This document shows, piece by piece, positions 28,526-38,879 of a stretch of 64,000 nucleotides of DNA. Source of the stretch: an uncultured Chloroflexia bacterium (GTDB lineage Bacteria; Chloroflexota; Limnocylindria; Limnocylindrales; CSP1-4); contig CAVORL010000006.1 of the NCBI GenBank assembly GCA_963698595.1, positions 140,877 to 204,876 on the forward strand, in the 5' to 3' direction. Position 1 is the first letter of the stretch. Each line of letters opens with the position of its first letter. A model generated the notes under the pieces. That model was not told the origin of the DNA, ran no database searches, and was given only the letters and a program-made list of their open reading frames with translations. The position numbers and the translations under genes were made by a program.

Positions 28526-28927
28526 CTAGTGGGTGACGACCTTCGGCAGCGTCTTCGCCTGCTCGATCCACTCGACGATGGTCGCCTCGGTCGGAAGGCG
28601 CCGAACGTGAGCGCGCGCGGCGTTCGCCTCCGCCATCGTCGTTGCGAGGTTGGCCGGGTTACGCTGCGCCAGCTCCGAGCAGGAGTCGACGCCGCTCGCC
28701 TCGAGCAGGTCGGCGTACTCGGAGCCGATCCCGGAGATCCGGTAGAGGTCGACATGGTTCGTCCAGCGCAGGATCTGCTGGGCGCTGATCCCAGTCGCCT
28801 CCGCGAGCGCCCGTCGGCCCGCGGCCGGCCCGGCCGCCGCGAGCAGGTCGTCCGTCGTCTCGACCTTCGCCTCGCGGAGCTTCGCGCCGAAGACCGGTCC
28901 GACGCCCTCGAGATCCTCGATCTTCAC
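28526..28927 (-). CDS. DUF4332 (HhH) protein
   Basis: KIEDLEGVGP, DLYRISGIGSEYADLLEASGVD, WIEQAK; GGAGG RBS. Confidence 0.88.
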   Translation of the reverse strand: MKIEDLEGVGPVFGAKLREAKVETTDDLLAAAGPAAGRRALAEATGISAQQILRWTNHVDLYRISGIGSEYADLLEASGVDSCSELAQRNPANLATTMAEANAARAHVRRLPTEATIVEWIEQAKTLPKVVTH

Positions 28928-29025
28928 TGCCTGACCCTCCTGTCGTCTCGTCCCGGGACGCGCTGCCCCCATGATGCCACCCGCCGACGAAGGAGGTCGC
29001 CGACGCCGTTGAGGAGCGCCTTCGA

Positions 29026-30330
29026 TCAGCCCGGCACGAGGCTTCGGACGACCCACGCCGCGAGGACCCGGGCACAGGCGACGGCCTCCTCGAGCTCGAC
29101 GTGCTCATCGGCGGCGTGGGCGACGCGCACGTCGCCCGGGCCGAACATGACCGTCGGCGTCCCGCCCTGGTGGATGAGCAGCCGCATGTCGGACCCGTAG
29201 GGCACGCCGACGGTGGGCGGCCGGCGCCCCAGGACTCGCGCGGCCGTCTCGGCCAGGCCGACCGGAAGCGGGTGGTCCGGCGGGAGCTCGGCGGAGGAGA
29301 AGCGTCCGCCCGAGATCTCCAGCGTCGCCGGGTGTTCGCGCAGCCACGGGTCGGCGGCGCAGGCAGCCTCGACCACCGCGCGGAGCTCCGCCGCTGCCTC
29401 GTCGGCCAGCTGGCCGGCCCGGACGCCGTAGCGGCCCTCGGCGACGACGCGGTCCGGCACCGTGCTCGCCCAGTCCCCCCCGTGGATCGTCCCGATGAGG
29501 GTGGGGTAGGGGAGGCCCAGCGCGAGCATCTCCGGGCGGGCCTCGGCCGCGTTGCGCGCGGCCTCGTCGGCCCGCAGCGCGGCGTGGAGCACCTCGAGCT
29601 TCTCCAGCGCGGAGACGCCCTCGCGGCGCATGGAGGCGTGCGCTGCGCGGCCCGGGACGGTGAGGCGGAACGTGATGGCGCCGGCCTGGACCGTGACGAT
29701 CTCGAGGCTGGTGGGCTCCGTGATGACCGCCGCGTCGCCGACGCAGCCGGCACGGATCGCCGCCAGCATCCCGGCGCCGCCGTCCTCTTCCGCGGGGACC
29801 GCAACGAGGACCGCCTCGCCGGCAAGCGACGCGGACGACGCCGTCGCCCGGACCGCGGCGAGCGCCGCGACCATCGCGGCGAGCCCGGCCTTCATGTCGC
29901 AGGCTCCGCGGCCGTACACCCGGCCGTCTCGCACCTCGGGCCGGAAGGGATCCAGCGACCAGGCGCCGGGATCGCCGGGCGGGACGACGTCGGTGTGGCC
30001 GACGAGGAGCAGGCGCGGCCCCGGCAGCGCGCCGCGGAGCGTGCCGGTGGCGAGCGGCAGCGTGGTGCGCGGCATCTCCGAGCCCGGGAAGTCGGGATCG
30101 GCCGCGATGGTCTCCGGGTCCTCGTCCCACGCCCGGACGTCCAGCCCCTCGGCCGCCATGAGGCGCGCCAGCCCGTCGCGGGCGGCCGCCTCGTCCCCCG
30201 TCACGGAGGGGATCGCCAGGAGGTCCAGGAGCACGTCGCGGAGGAGGCCCGGGTCGACCGCCTCGGCGGCCGCCAGGGCAGCCTTCGCGGCCACGCTGGC
30301 CGGGTCGGTGGGCATGCTGTCGTGGGTCAT
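29026..30330 (-). CDS. M20-family (ArgE/DapE-like) deacylase
   Basis: [33 protein letters not shown]. Confidence 0.9.
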   Translation of the reverse strand: MTHDSMPTDPASVAAKAALAAAEAVDPGLLRDVLLDLLAIPSVTGDEAAARDGLARLMAAEGLDVRAWDEDPETIAADPDFPGSEMPRTTLPLATGTLRGALPGPRLLLVGHTDVVPPGDPGAWSLDPFRPEVRDGRVYGRGACDMKAGLAAMVAALAAVRATASSASLAGEAVLVAVPAEEDGGAGMLAAIRAGCVGDAAVITEPTSLEIVTVQAGAITFRLTVPGRAAHASMRREGVSALEKLEVLHAALRADEAARNAAEARPEMLALGLPYPTLIGTIHGGDWASTVPDRVVAEGRYGVRAGQLADEAAAELRAVVEAACAADPWLREHPATLEISGGRFSSAELPPDHPLPVGLAETAARVLGRRPPTVGVPYGSDMRLLIHQGGTPTVMFGPGDVRVAHAADEHVELEEAVACARVLAAWVVRSLVPG

Positions 30331-31238
30331 GATCGCCTCAGGAGCGGGCGCGTCAGGCAGGTGGGGCCGCCCGCGCCGTTGATCCCGATCTCGAACGCGG
30401 GATACGCGTGGACCTCGCAGCCGGCCGCCTCCAGGGCCCGGCGGATCGCGGGGCTTCCCTCGGCGACGACGCAGACCCCGGGCCGGACGGCCAGCACGTT
30501 GCAGCCGAGCGTCGCGAACTCCTCCGCGGGGACCGGCAGGAGCCGGACCCCGAGGTCGCCGAGGAGCTCCCACAGCCCGACCGGGAGGAGGGGGAGGTAG
30601 ACGACGGCCAGGTCGTCGGCGACCGGCGAGATGACCGAGAGCAGGTGGAGCAGCTCTGCGTCGCCCCGCCAGTACGGCACGTCGAAGACCCGGACGTCAC
30701 TGCCGACGAGCCCCGTCAGCTGGCGGATGCCCTCGGTGTTCGTCCGGAGCGTCCGCCCGGCGCAGAGCAGGTCGGACCGCAGCCAGAACGTGTCGCCGCC
30801 GTCCACCGTCCCCGGCGCCTCGATCCGGCCCAGCGCCGGGACGCCGCGGGCCGCCAGCCAGGCTTCGACCACCGCCTCCTCCCCGCGCCGCGTCGGCTTG
30901 CCGGAGCGCAGCGGGATCGCCCCCCGGTCCGTGACCAGGAGGGGGTCGAAGGGGTAGACGAGATCCGGATAGGGCGTCTCCACGGCGCCGAGTTCGTGGA
31001 CGCGGACGCCGAGCCGGACGAGGAGATCGACGAACGCGTCGTGCTCCCGCTGCGCGAGCTGGAGGTCCACCGCGTGCATGTACCCGTGCGCCGGGTCGCC
31101 GAAGGCTGCTCCGAATGCCCGTCCCGGCCGCTGGACGAGGACGTCGCGGAGGGGGGCCGTCATCGATTGGGCGCCATAGGCGTCGAGCAGCGACGGGTTC
31201 GGCGATGGGTCCGGCGACGCGAATAGCCCGCGAGTCAT
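30327..31238 (-). CDS. Amidinotransferase/dimethylarginine dimethylaminohydrolase (pentein) family protein
   Basis: [31 protein letters not shown] (catalytic Cys); TATGCT 7 nt upstream of the ATG. Confidence 0.88.
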   Translation of the reverse strand: MTRGLFASPDPSPNPSLLDAYGAQSMTAPLRDVLVQRPGRAFGAAFGDPAHGYMHAVDLQLAQREHDAFVDLLVRLGVRVHELGAVETPYPDLVYPFDPLLVTDRGAIPLRSGKPTRRGEEAVVEAWLAARGVPALGRIEAPGTVDGGDTFWLRSDLLCAGRTLRTNTEGIRQLTGLVGSDVRVFDVPYWRGDAELLHLLSVISPVADDLAVVYLPLLPVGLWELLGDLGVRLLPVPAEEFATLGCNVLAVRPGVCVVAEGSPAIRRALEAAGCEVHAYPAFEIGINGAGGPTCLTRPLLRRS

Positions 31239-31272
31239 GGCCAGCAGCATACCGGCCCGTCAGGGCCAGCGG

Positions 31273-34200
31273 TCAGCCGGTGGTCCGCTCCACGATCCGG
31301 CCAACCTCGTAGCCGGCGGCCTCGGCCCCTGCGGCGAGCCGCATCGCGAGCTCGTGTGCAACGGCTGCGGTGGGAGCGGGTTCCAGCGCGCCGACCTGGT
31401 CGGCAGCCCCGGATACGGCGGCAAGGACCACCAGCCAGCGCAACGCTGCCTCGAACGACTCCCGGTTGACGTAGGCGATGCCGTCGTGCCGGTTGACGCC
31501 GAGCCAGCGCGCCAGGTCGTCGTCCGCGAACCAGGCGCGGACGAGGCGGCCGGCCCGCTCGCGTTCCGGGGCGGCAAGCGCCTCGGAGCCGGGGCGGGCG
31601 ACGAGATGTCGCACCGTCTCCACGGTCCACCATGCGGCCCCCTCGTCGAGGCCCCGCCAGCGGTAGGCGTCGGCGAAGACGCGACCCAGCCGAGACCGGT
31701 CGAACCAGCCCCGGGCGCGCCTGGCGTCGGGGTCGGGCTCCACCACGCCCGCGATCGCCTCCGCGGCGAGCCAGCCGAGGAGCGCGCCCCACGTGGCCGC
31801 GTTCGGCGGGAGCGCCGCCGCCACGAAGGCCTGCGGCACGTCGGCGGCACGATCGGTGGCCGGCGGCGCGAGTGCCGCGTCCAGCGCCGCCCGGAGACCG
31901 CGCCCGAAGCGAGCCGCGAGTTCGTCGATCTCCGCGTCCGGGACCGTCGGGCGCACCACGGCGCGAATCGAGCGCAACGCGTCCGCGGCGCGGGCGGTCC
32001 ACGCGGTCGCCAGCGAATCGAGGTCCGCCGGTGCGGCAGGCGCGGCGGGTGCGACCGGTGCCTCTGCCTGGCCTGCCGGGGTCGGCTCGACGGCGAGCCC
32101 GGCCTGCGCCTCTGGCTTGGCCGGGCGGCCCCGCGGCGGGGTCGCAGCGGCGCGCACGGCCGCGGCGAGGTGGGCGGCCACGGCGTCCGTGACCTCGCGG
32201 ACCAGGCCGTCGTTGACGAGGATTGCGACCGCGTCGTGGAGCGGTCGCAGGCGCCGTTCGGCGAGGGCGGCCTGCACGCTGGGCACACCGGCTCCGCCCA
32301 GGTCGGCGGCCAGGGCACGGTACTCGGCCGCGGCCTCCCCGGCGATCTCGCGCCAGTCGAGCAGGACGCGCAGGGCGTACGCCTCCAGCTCGACCCGAAG
32401 GCCACGGTCGCGGAGGTCACCGACCTCGCGGAGGTACTCCAGGCCGTCGAGCGCGTCACGGAAGGCGACCACCGCACCGGGCTCGCTGCCGAGGGCGAGC
32501 CCGTCGGCAATGGGGGTCCGCACGAGGCGCTTTCCTCCGCGCTCGTCCTTGACCGCGAAGGCCACCGAGTCGCGGACGCGGCCGCGCATCGACCCGAAGC
32601 GGTTGTGGTAGATCACGAGCGACCGCTCGCCACCGGCCACGTTCGAGTAGGCGAACACATCCTCGTTGACATGGCCGGCGTCGTCGATCACGTCATAGAA
32701 CCGGAAGTCGCGCACCTCGGCGAAAAGGCTCCGGCGGTGCAGGAGTGGGAAGAGCTGCCACTCGTGGCGGGCGACGAGGCCCTCATTGGGGAGCTCGTCC
32801 CAGTAGGCGCGCGGGAACTCCATCCCGTACTTCTCGGCGAACCCCTCGACCTGGCCGTGGCCGAACATCGGGAGCCCGGGCATCGTCGCCATGACCGTGG
32901 CGATCCCGAAGTACTTGTCTCCCGTGCCGAACTGCTGGATCGCGGTCTTCTCGTCGGGGTTATTCATGAAGTTGACGTAGCGCTTCAGGATCTCCGGGTC
33001 GAACTCGAGGGTGTTCTTCACGAGAAGCCGGTACTCGGCGTTCTTCTCGTCGCGGAGCATGTGCATGAACGCGCTGTTGTAGACCCGGTGCATCCCCAGG
33101 GTCCGGACGAAGTAGCCCTCCATGAGCCAGAAGGCCTCGGCGAGGAGCAGCGTGTCGGGGACCTCGGCGGCCACCCGGTCCACGACTTCGCGCCAGAACT
33201 CCTCCGGGATCGCCGCGTCGAAGTCTTCCTTGCTCATCGCGTGCTCGGCGCGCGACGGAATCCCACCACCCTGGCCGGGCTCCGGGTACCACAGGCGCTC
33301 GACGTGCTTCTTGGCGAGCGTCATCGCGGCGTCGAATCGGATGATCGGGAAGCGCCGTGCCACGTCCAGGATCGTCTGGATGACGGCCTCCCGGACATCC
33401 GGCTTGAGGTAGTCGAGCTGAGCCGTGTCGTTCCAGGGCATGCTGGTGCCGTCGTTGCCGTGGTAGACGTAGCGCACGTCGCCGGTCCGGCGATCCTCGC
33501 GCCGGAAGACGACGGCCGCGTCGGTCGAGTCCCAGTAGTGGTCCTCGATCTGGATCGCCACCTGCGGGTCGTCCGACAGGTCGGTCCCACCGAACGAGTA
33601 GCTCGGGTAGGGGCTGTCGGGCCGGGCCAGGAACCAGTCGGGCTGGTCGATCACCCAGCGCGAGTCGATCCCCATGTGGTTCGGGACCATGTCCGAGGCC
33701 AGGCGGATCCCGCGGGCCCACGCGCGGTCGCGCAGGTTCGCCCAGGCTGCCTCCCCGCCGAGGTCCTCGGCGATCGCGTAGTCGAGCAGGGAGTACGCAG
33801 AGGCGACCGCGTCCGGGTTGCCGCGCAGCTGCTTGATCCGCTGCGACGCCCGGCTGCGCTCCCACAGGCCGATGAGCCACAGGCTGGTGAAGCCCCAGCG
33901 TGCCAAGCGGTCGAGCTCTTCGTCGGGGACCTGGTCGAGCCGCCGGATCTCTCGTCCGTACCACCGGCTCAGCTGGTCGAGCCACACGTACGTGCTCTTC
34001 GCCATGAGCACGACCCGGGGCATCCAATCCCTGTCCTCGGAGAAGCGATCCGCTTCCGCGTCCATGCCCACGAACGACGGCGCATGCCCGGGCCCGTCGC
34101 CCTGTGCCGGATGGAAGCGCATCCCGAGCGCGCGCTCCTCCTCCGACGCGACGTCGAGGCCGATCACGATCCGGTCGAGAAGCGCGCCGAACCGGTCGCC

Positions 34201-34917
34201 GAGGTGGGCGGCGAGGAACGCTCCCCAATGGGCGCGGATCCAGCGGAGTTGCCCGGAGAGAGACGAGGGCTCCGCGAGAGCGGGTGCCCGCAGCATCGTG
34301 ACGAGGTCCTGGCGATCGGGGCCGAACGGCGGGCGCCCGGCCAGATGGCGGGCGAGCTCGTCGACCACGGCGCGGTAGGCGGTGGTCGCTACCAGGTCGC
34401 GATCGTCGAAGAGCTCGCCGAACGGCGCGAAGGCGGGGTTCACGTTCTCCAGCCAGCACGCCAGCAGCTCCTCCAGGGCCACCTCGCGGTTCGGGGTCCC
34501 GGCCGTCTCGCCGGCCAGGTACGCCTCCGGCGTGAGCTCGCCGCGATGGACGGCACGTGGCGGGAAGTCCGTCGTGAAGCGGAGGAGGACGTCGTCGACG
34601 GCCGGCGCGCCGAGTGCCTCATCGAGGTGGTCGAGCGCGTCGTCGATTGCCTCGGGGTCCTCCTGCTCGCGGTAGATCGCGACCACGGCGTGCAGGACCT
34701 CGTCGATGAGGCCCATTGCGTTGAGGGAGCCCGGCGCGAGGACCGGCTCGGGGTGTCCCGCGGCTCGCCGCTTCGCGGTCATCGCGGCCGCCAGCCCGCG
34801 GACCGCCCGGAGGTTGGGCAGGATGACGTTGCCGGTGAGCTCGAAGAGGGTTGCGTCCAGCTCGTAGCGCTCGCGAGCGTCGCGGCGAACGTGCAGCTCG
34901 CGGAGTTGGTGGATCAC
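31273..34917 (-). CDS. Large GH13 alpha-amylase-family protein
   Basis: DMVPNH, RFDAA (nucleophile), AEAFW (acid/base), NNPDE; long N- and C-terminal extensions; GGAGGAG RBS. Confidence 0.88.
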   Translation of the reverse strand: MIHQLRELHVRRDARERYELDATLFELTGNVILPNLRAVRGLAAAMTAKRRAAGHPEPVLAPGSLNAMGLIDEVLHAVVAIYREQEDPEAIDDALDHLDEALGAPAVDDVLLRFTTDFPPRAVHRGELTPEAYLAGETAGTPNREVALEELLACWLENVNPAFAPFGELFDDRDLVATTAYRAVVDELARHLAGRPPFGPDRQDLVTMLRAPALAEPSSLSGQLRWIRAHWGAFLAAHLGDRFGALLDRIVIGLDVASEEERALGMRFHPAQGDGPGHAPSFVGMDAEADRFSEDRDWMPRVVLMAKSTYVWLDQLSRWYGREIRRLDQVPDEELDRLARWGFTSLWLIGLWERSRASQRIKQLRGNPDAVASAYSLLDYAIAEDLGGEAAWANLRDRAWARGIRLASDMVPNHMGIDSRWVIDQPDWFLARPDSPYPSYSFGGTDLSDDPQVAIQIEDHYWDSTDAAVVFRREDRRTGDVRYVYHGNDGTSMPWNDTAQLDYLKPDVREAVIQTILDVARRFPIIRFDAAMTLAKKHVERLWYPEPGQGGGIPSRAEHAMSKEDFDAAIPEEFWREVVDRVAAEVPDTLLLAEAFWLMEGYFVRTLGMHRVYNSAFMHMLRDEKNAEYRLLVKNTLEFDPEILKRYVNFMNNPDEKTAIQQFGTGDKYFGIATVMATMPGLPMFGHGQVEGFAEKYGMEFPRAYWDELPNEGLVARHEWQLFPLLHRRSLFAEVRDFRFYDVIDDAGHVNEDVFAYSNVAGGERSLVIYHNRFGSMRGRVRDSVAFAVKDERGGKRLVRTPIADGLALGSEPGAVVAFRDALDGLEYLREVGDLRDRGLRVELEAYALRVLLDWREIAGEAAAEYRALAADLGGAGVPSVQAALAERRLRPLHDAVAILVNDGLVREVTDAVAAHLAAAVRAAATPPRGRPAKPEAQAGLAVEPTPAGQAEAPVAPAAPAAPADLDSLATAWTARAADALRSIRAVVRPTVPDAEIDELAARFGRGLRAALDAALAPPATDRAADVPQAFVAAALPPNAATWGALLGWLAAEAIAGVVEPDPDARRARGWFDRSRLGRVFADAYRWRGLDEGAAWWTVETVRHLVARPGSEALAAPERERAGRLVRAWFADDDLARWLGVNRHDGIAYVNRESFEAALRWLVVLAAVSGAADQVGALEPAPTAAVAHELAMRLAAGAEAAGYEVGRIVERTTG

Positions 34918-35215
34918 GTCCTCTCCTCCCCCCGCCCCTCGACGGCTTCCGTGGCCTGGATCATGGTGTCACCGGCACGCCGAAGACCCGGATCTCGCTG
35001 ATCGCGACCCCTCCATAGCCCGGGCTGAGGCCTGCCCGGCAGGCTGACATTCTGGCCCTCGGGGCATCATCGGTCCAGCCCTGTGCCCGCGAGCGACGAC
35101 CGAGCCTGCCCATCCGCCGGTGCGGTCGCGCTGTGGCCGCTCGACGGCGGTTCGGATGGGTTCGTCGCGCCACAGGTCACCGGAACTCGCCTCGACGCGG
35201 TACCGTCAGGTGAGC

Positions 35216-35980
35216 ATGAACGTCCCAACCCGCGCTGCTGCCGCGCGCCGGCTCCGCTGGTCGCCCGTCCTCGCGCTCGCGCTCCTCGTGGCCGCGTGCG
35301 CCGGTCCGGGGGCCGCGTCGCCGACGGCACCCCCTCCCGTCCCGACCGCGATCACGCAGGGCGAGGCCGTTGCCCGCGTGCTGGCCCAGGATCCGCGCTT
35401 CGCCGGCATCGGCCCCGCCGATCCTGACCTGATCGGTCAGGCGGCCTGGTACGAGGTCACGCCCGCCGCGGCCGGGTGGCGGGTCGTCGTGACGATCGGC
35501 TGGGGCGACTGCCCGGCCGGCTGCATCAACCGGCACACGTGGGTGTACGAGGTCGACGGAACCGGTGCGGCGTCCCTTGTCGAGGAGACCGGCGACCCGC
35601 TCGAGGGCACGAGCCACGCTCCCGGCACCGTCGCATCACCGCCGGTCCCCATCCCGTCGGACGGCGGGGCGTGGATCGTCGGTCGCGCCCTCGCGGGACC
35701 GGTCTGTCCTGTCGCGCAGGACCCTCCCGATCCCGCCTGCGATGATCGACCGGTGGCCGGGGCGACCGTCGTGATCCGCGACGCGGACGGCGCGCGCGTC
35801 GCGGAGGTTGTGACGAGCGACGACGGCACCTTCCTCGTGGCTCTCCCGGCCCCCGGCTTCTACATCGTGGAGGGACAGCCTGTCGAGGGGCTGCTCGGGA
35901 CGCCGGCCCCGGTCGAGGCCCTCGTCGGGGAGGGCTCGTGGTCGGTCGCCGACCTGGGATACGACACCGGGATCCGCTGA
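35216..35980 (+). CDS. Lipoprotein with a C-terminal carboxypeptidase-regulatory-like beta domain
   Basis: Lipobox LVAA-C; GWGDCPAGCI motif; GPVCPV...C...V.GATVVI...SDDGTF. Confidence 0.75.
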   Translation: MNVPTRAAAARRLRWSPVLALALLVAACAGPGAASPTAPPPVPTAITQGEAVARVLAQDPRFAGIGPADPDLIGQAAWYEVTPAAAGWRVVVTIGWGDCPAGCINRHTWVYEVDGTGAASLVEETGDPLEGTSHAPGTVASPPVPIPSDGGAWIVGRALAGPVCPVAQDPPDPACDDRPVAGATVVIRDADGARVAEVVTSDDGTFLVALPAPGFYIVEGQPVEGLLGTPAPVEALVGEGSWSVADLGYDTGIR

Positions 35981-36116
35981 TCGTGAGCAGCGCCCGGGTT
36001 CGCGAGCCGGGTGGGCGGAGGCGGTCCGAAACTCCCACCACCTGTCAGGCGAGCGTCGCGCCGGCGCCTGTCTCCTGATCGCGGCTGTCCGGCGCGGCCG
36101 CTAGACTTCCCCCTGG

Positions 36117-37058
36117 ATGGCACTCGTCGCGACGCGCGCACTCACGTTCCGGTACCCCGGCGGCGGGGGAGGCGTCCTCGCGCTCGATGACCTCAGCGTC
36201 TCGATCGAGCCGGGGATCGTGGGGCTCGTGGGGGCGAACGGCGCCGGCAAGAGCACCCTGCTGCGGATCCTGCTGGGCCTCCTGGCCCCGACCGCAGGCT
36301 CCGCCACCGTCTTCGGGCTCGATGTCGCGCGCGACGGCTCGCGGATCCGCGAGAGGGTGGGGTACATGCCCGAGCACGACGTACTCCCGCCGGATGTCTC
36401 TGCCACGGACCTCGTCACCCACCTCGCGGAGATGTCCGGCCTGCCCCGCACTGCCGCCCGCGAGCGGACGGCCGAGGTGCTCCGCCACGTTGGGCTCTTC
36501 GAGGAGCGCTACCGACCGATCGGCGGCTACTCCACGGGGATGCGCCAGCGCGTCAAGCTCGCCCAGGCGCTCGTCCACGACCCGCGCCTGCTCCTCCTCG
36601 ACGAGCCGACGAACGGGCTCGACCCGGCCGGCCGCGACGAGATGCTGGAGCTCGTCCGCCGGACAGGCACGGAGTTCAGCATGGCCGTGATCGTCAGCTC
36701 GCACCTCCTCGGCGAGATCGAGCGCGTGTGCGATCACGTCGTCGCGATCGACGCCGGCCGGCTGCTGCGGGACGCGCCGCTGGCCAGCTTCACCTCGCGC
36801 ACCGGCACCCTGGTCGTGGAGGTCGACGAGGGCGCGTCCGAGATCGCGGCGGACCTCGTCGTGGCCGGCGTGGTGGCCCGGGCCGACGGGCCGCGCCGGG
36901 TCCTCGTCGAGGTGGCCGCCACGCCCCCGTTCGACCTGGTCCGGGACGTCGTTGCGACGCGCGGCCGCGCGCTGACCCGCATCGAGCCGGCCCGTCACCG
37001 CGTGGAGGACCTCTTCCGCGACGCCGACGAGGGAGGCGCCCGTGACGACGCCGCCTGA
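36117..37058 (+). CDS. ABC transporter ATP-binding protein
   Basis: GANGAGKS, YSTGMRQR, LLDEPT, SSH. Confidence 0.93.
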   Translation: MALVATRALTFRYPGGGGGVLALDDLSVSIEPGIVGLVGANGAGKSTLLRILLGLLAPTAGSATVFGLDVARDGSRIRERVGYMPEHDVLPPDVSATDLVTHLAEMSGLPRTAARERTAEVLRHVGLFEERYRPIGGYSTGMRQRVKLAQALVHDPRLLLLDEPTNGLDPAGRDEMLELVRRTGTEFSMAVIVSSHLLGEIERVCDHVVAIDAGRLLRDAPLASFTSRTGTLVVEVDEGASEIAADLVVAGVVARADGPRRVLVEVAATPPFDLVRDVVATRGRALTRIEPARHRVEDLFRDADEGGARDDAA

Positions 37059-37956
37059 CGTGCTCGCCGGCTCCGCCACTGGCAGCATCTACGACCTCGG
37101 CTACCGCCGCTACGACGGCCCCCGGCTCGGGCGCCGCCACGCGGTCGCGGCACTGTTCATCCACGGCCTGCGGGCCGTCTTCGGGCTCGGCCGGAGCGGT
37201 CGCGCCAAGGTGGCGCCTCTCGTGCTGGGCGGGCTGATCGCGCTGCCGGCCGTGGTGAGCGTCGGGTTCGGTGCCCTCGCCCGCGGGGCGGGAGGCGAGC
37301 TCAACCCGATCACGCTGGAGGGGTATCTCCCGTTCGCCCAGACGCTGCTCGTCTTCTTCGTGGCTGCTCAGGCCCCCGAGCTCCTTGTCCGCGACCAGCG
37401 CTACCAGGTCCTCACCCTCTACTTCAGTCGCGCCCTGCAGCGCACCGACTACGTCCTGGCGAAATACCTGGCCCTGCTGGTCGCGGTCGGGCTCGTCCTG
37501 TTGCTGCCCCAGGTCATCCTGCTGGCGGGAACCCTCTTCGCCACGCCCGACGTGGGCAGCGGGCTCGCCGAGGCCGCCCCGCTCCTCTGGCCCGTGGTCG
37601 GGCGGACGGTCATCGTGGCGGCGCTGCTGGCGGGGATCGGGTTGCTCGCGTGCGCCTTCACGGTCCGCCGCGCGTTCGCGGCGGGGACGATCATCGCGGT
37701 CTTCCTGGTCCTCAACGGCGTCGTGACCGTGCTCGTGGCGCGCGTGGGGCTGAGCGGCCCGATCAGCCTGGTCGCTCTGCTCGACCCCTTCGCGCTCACC
37801 GGCGGCGTCTCCGCGTTCCTCTTCGGGGTCGAGCCCAGCGACGCCTCCATCCTGCTATCCAACCTGCCGGTGTGGCTCTTCGCCGCCACGGCGGTCGTCG
37901 TCGCGGTCGGCGCGCTGGGGGTCCTGGTCGTGCGCTACCGACGGATTGCAGCGTGA
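37042..37956 (+). CDS. ABC-2 type permease
   Basis: IYDLGYRRYDG N-terminus, LYFSR...YVLAK, about 6 TM. Confidence 0.85.
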   Translation: MTTPPDVLAGSATGSIYDLGYRRYDGPRLGRRHAVAALFIHGLRAVFGLGRSGRAKVAPLVLGGLIALPAVVSVGFGALARGAGGELNPITLEGYLPFAQTLLVFFVAAQAPELLVRDQRYQVLTLYFSRALQRTDYVLAKYLALLVAVGLVLLLPQVILLAGTLFATPDVGSGLAEAAPLLWPVVGRTVIVAALLAGIGLLACAFTVRRAFAAGTIIAVFLVLNGVVTVLVARVGLSGPISLVALLDPFALTGGVSAFLFGVEPSDASILLSNLPVWLFAATAVVVAVGALGVLVVRYRRIAA

Positions 37957-38879
37957 CGGAGTCGGCCGCCGTGGCAGTCGACCTCGCGGAGGTCTCCCGC
38001 TGGTACGGCAATGTCGTGGCCGTCAACGGCGTGAGCTTCTCCGTGGGACCCGGCGTGACGGGCCTGCTGGGACCCAACGGGGCCGGCAAGTCGACGCTCC
38101 TCCACATGATCGCTGGCCTCCTCCGGCCGTCGGCGGGATCGGTCACCGTCGAGGGTCGGGCGACGTACGGGGATCCTGCGGTGTTCCGGCGCGTGGGCCT
38201 GGTGCCGGAGCGCGAAACCGTCTTCGGCTTCCTCACCGGGCGCGAGTTCGTGCGTCTCAATGCCGACCTGCAGGGCCTTGCAGCCGCCGGCGAGGCCGCC
38301 GCGCGTGCGCTGGGGATCGTCGAGCTCACCGACGCCGCGGACCGGCCGCTGGCCACCTACTCGAAAGGGATGCGCCAGCGGGCAAAGGTTGCCGCGGCCC
38401 TCGTCCACGACCCCGGCGTGCTCGTGCTCGACGAGCCGTTCAACGGCATGGATCCGCGGCAGCGCCTCCACATGATGGGGCTCCTCCGGTCGCTCGCCGG
38501 GCAGGGCCGGACGATCCTCGTCTCCTCGCACATCCTGGAGGAGGTGGAGCGCGTCGCGGAGCGGGTCCTCGTGATCGTCGCCGGTCGCCTGGCCGCGTCG
38601 GGCGACTTCCGCGAGATCCGTCGGCTCATGACCGACCGGCCCCACGAGTTCCGCCTGCGGACGTCGGACGACCGGGCGCTGGCGGCGGCGATCGTGGCCC
38701 GGCCGACGGTGGCCGGCGTGGCCCTCGAGGACGGCCGTCTCGTCGTCCACGCGGCCGACTACGCAGCCTTCACCGGCGAGCTGGCCGGGATCGCCCGGGC
38801 GACCGGCATCTCGATCTTCGAGCTGATCCCAGCCGACGAGTCGCTCGAGTCGGTCTTCGCGTACCTGGTGCGCGGATGA
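37953..38879 (+). CDS. ABC transporter ATP-binding protein
   Basis: GPNGAGKS, YSKGMRQR, LDEPF, SSH; GTGA overlap with the upstream gene. Confidence 0.93.
   Translation: MTESAAVAVDLAEVSRWYGNVVAVNGVSFSVGPGVTGLLGPNGAGKSTLLHMIAGLLRPSAGSVTVEGRATYGDPAVFRRVGLVPERETVFGFLTGREFVRLNADLQGLAAAGEAAARALGIVELTDAADRPLATYSKGMRQRAKVAAALVHDPGVLVLDEPFNGMDPRQRLHMMGLLRSLAGQGRTILVSSHILEEVERVAERVLVIVAGRLAASGDFREIRRLMTDRPHEFRLRTSDDRALAAAIVARPTVAGVALEDGRLVVHAADYAAFTGELAGIARATGISIFELIPADESLESVFAYLVRG

Noticed and set aside
35043-35059. Additional DosR-like box (GGGCCAGAATGTCAG) upstream of GH13
   Set aside because: The spacing is off by one base and there is no -10 element at the expected distance.
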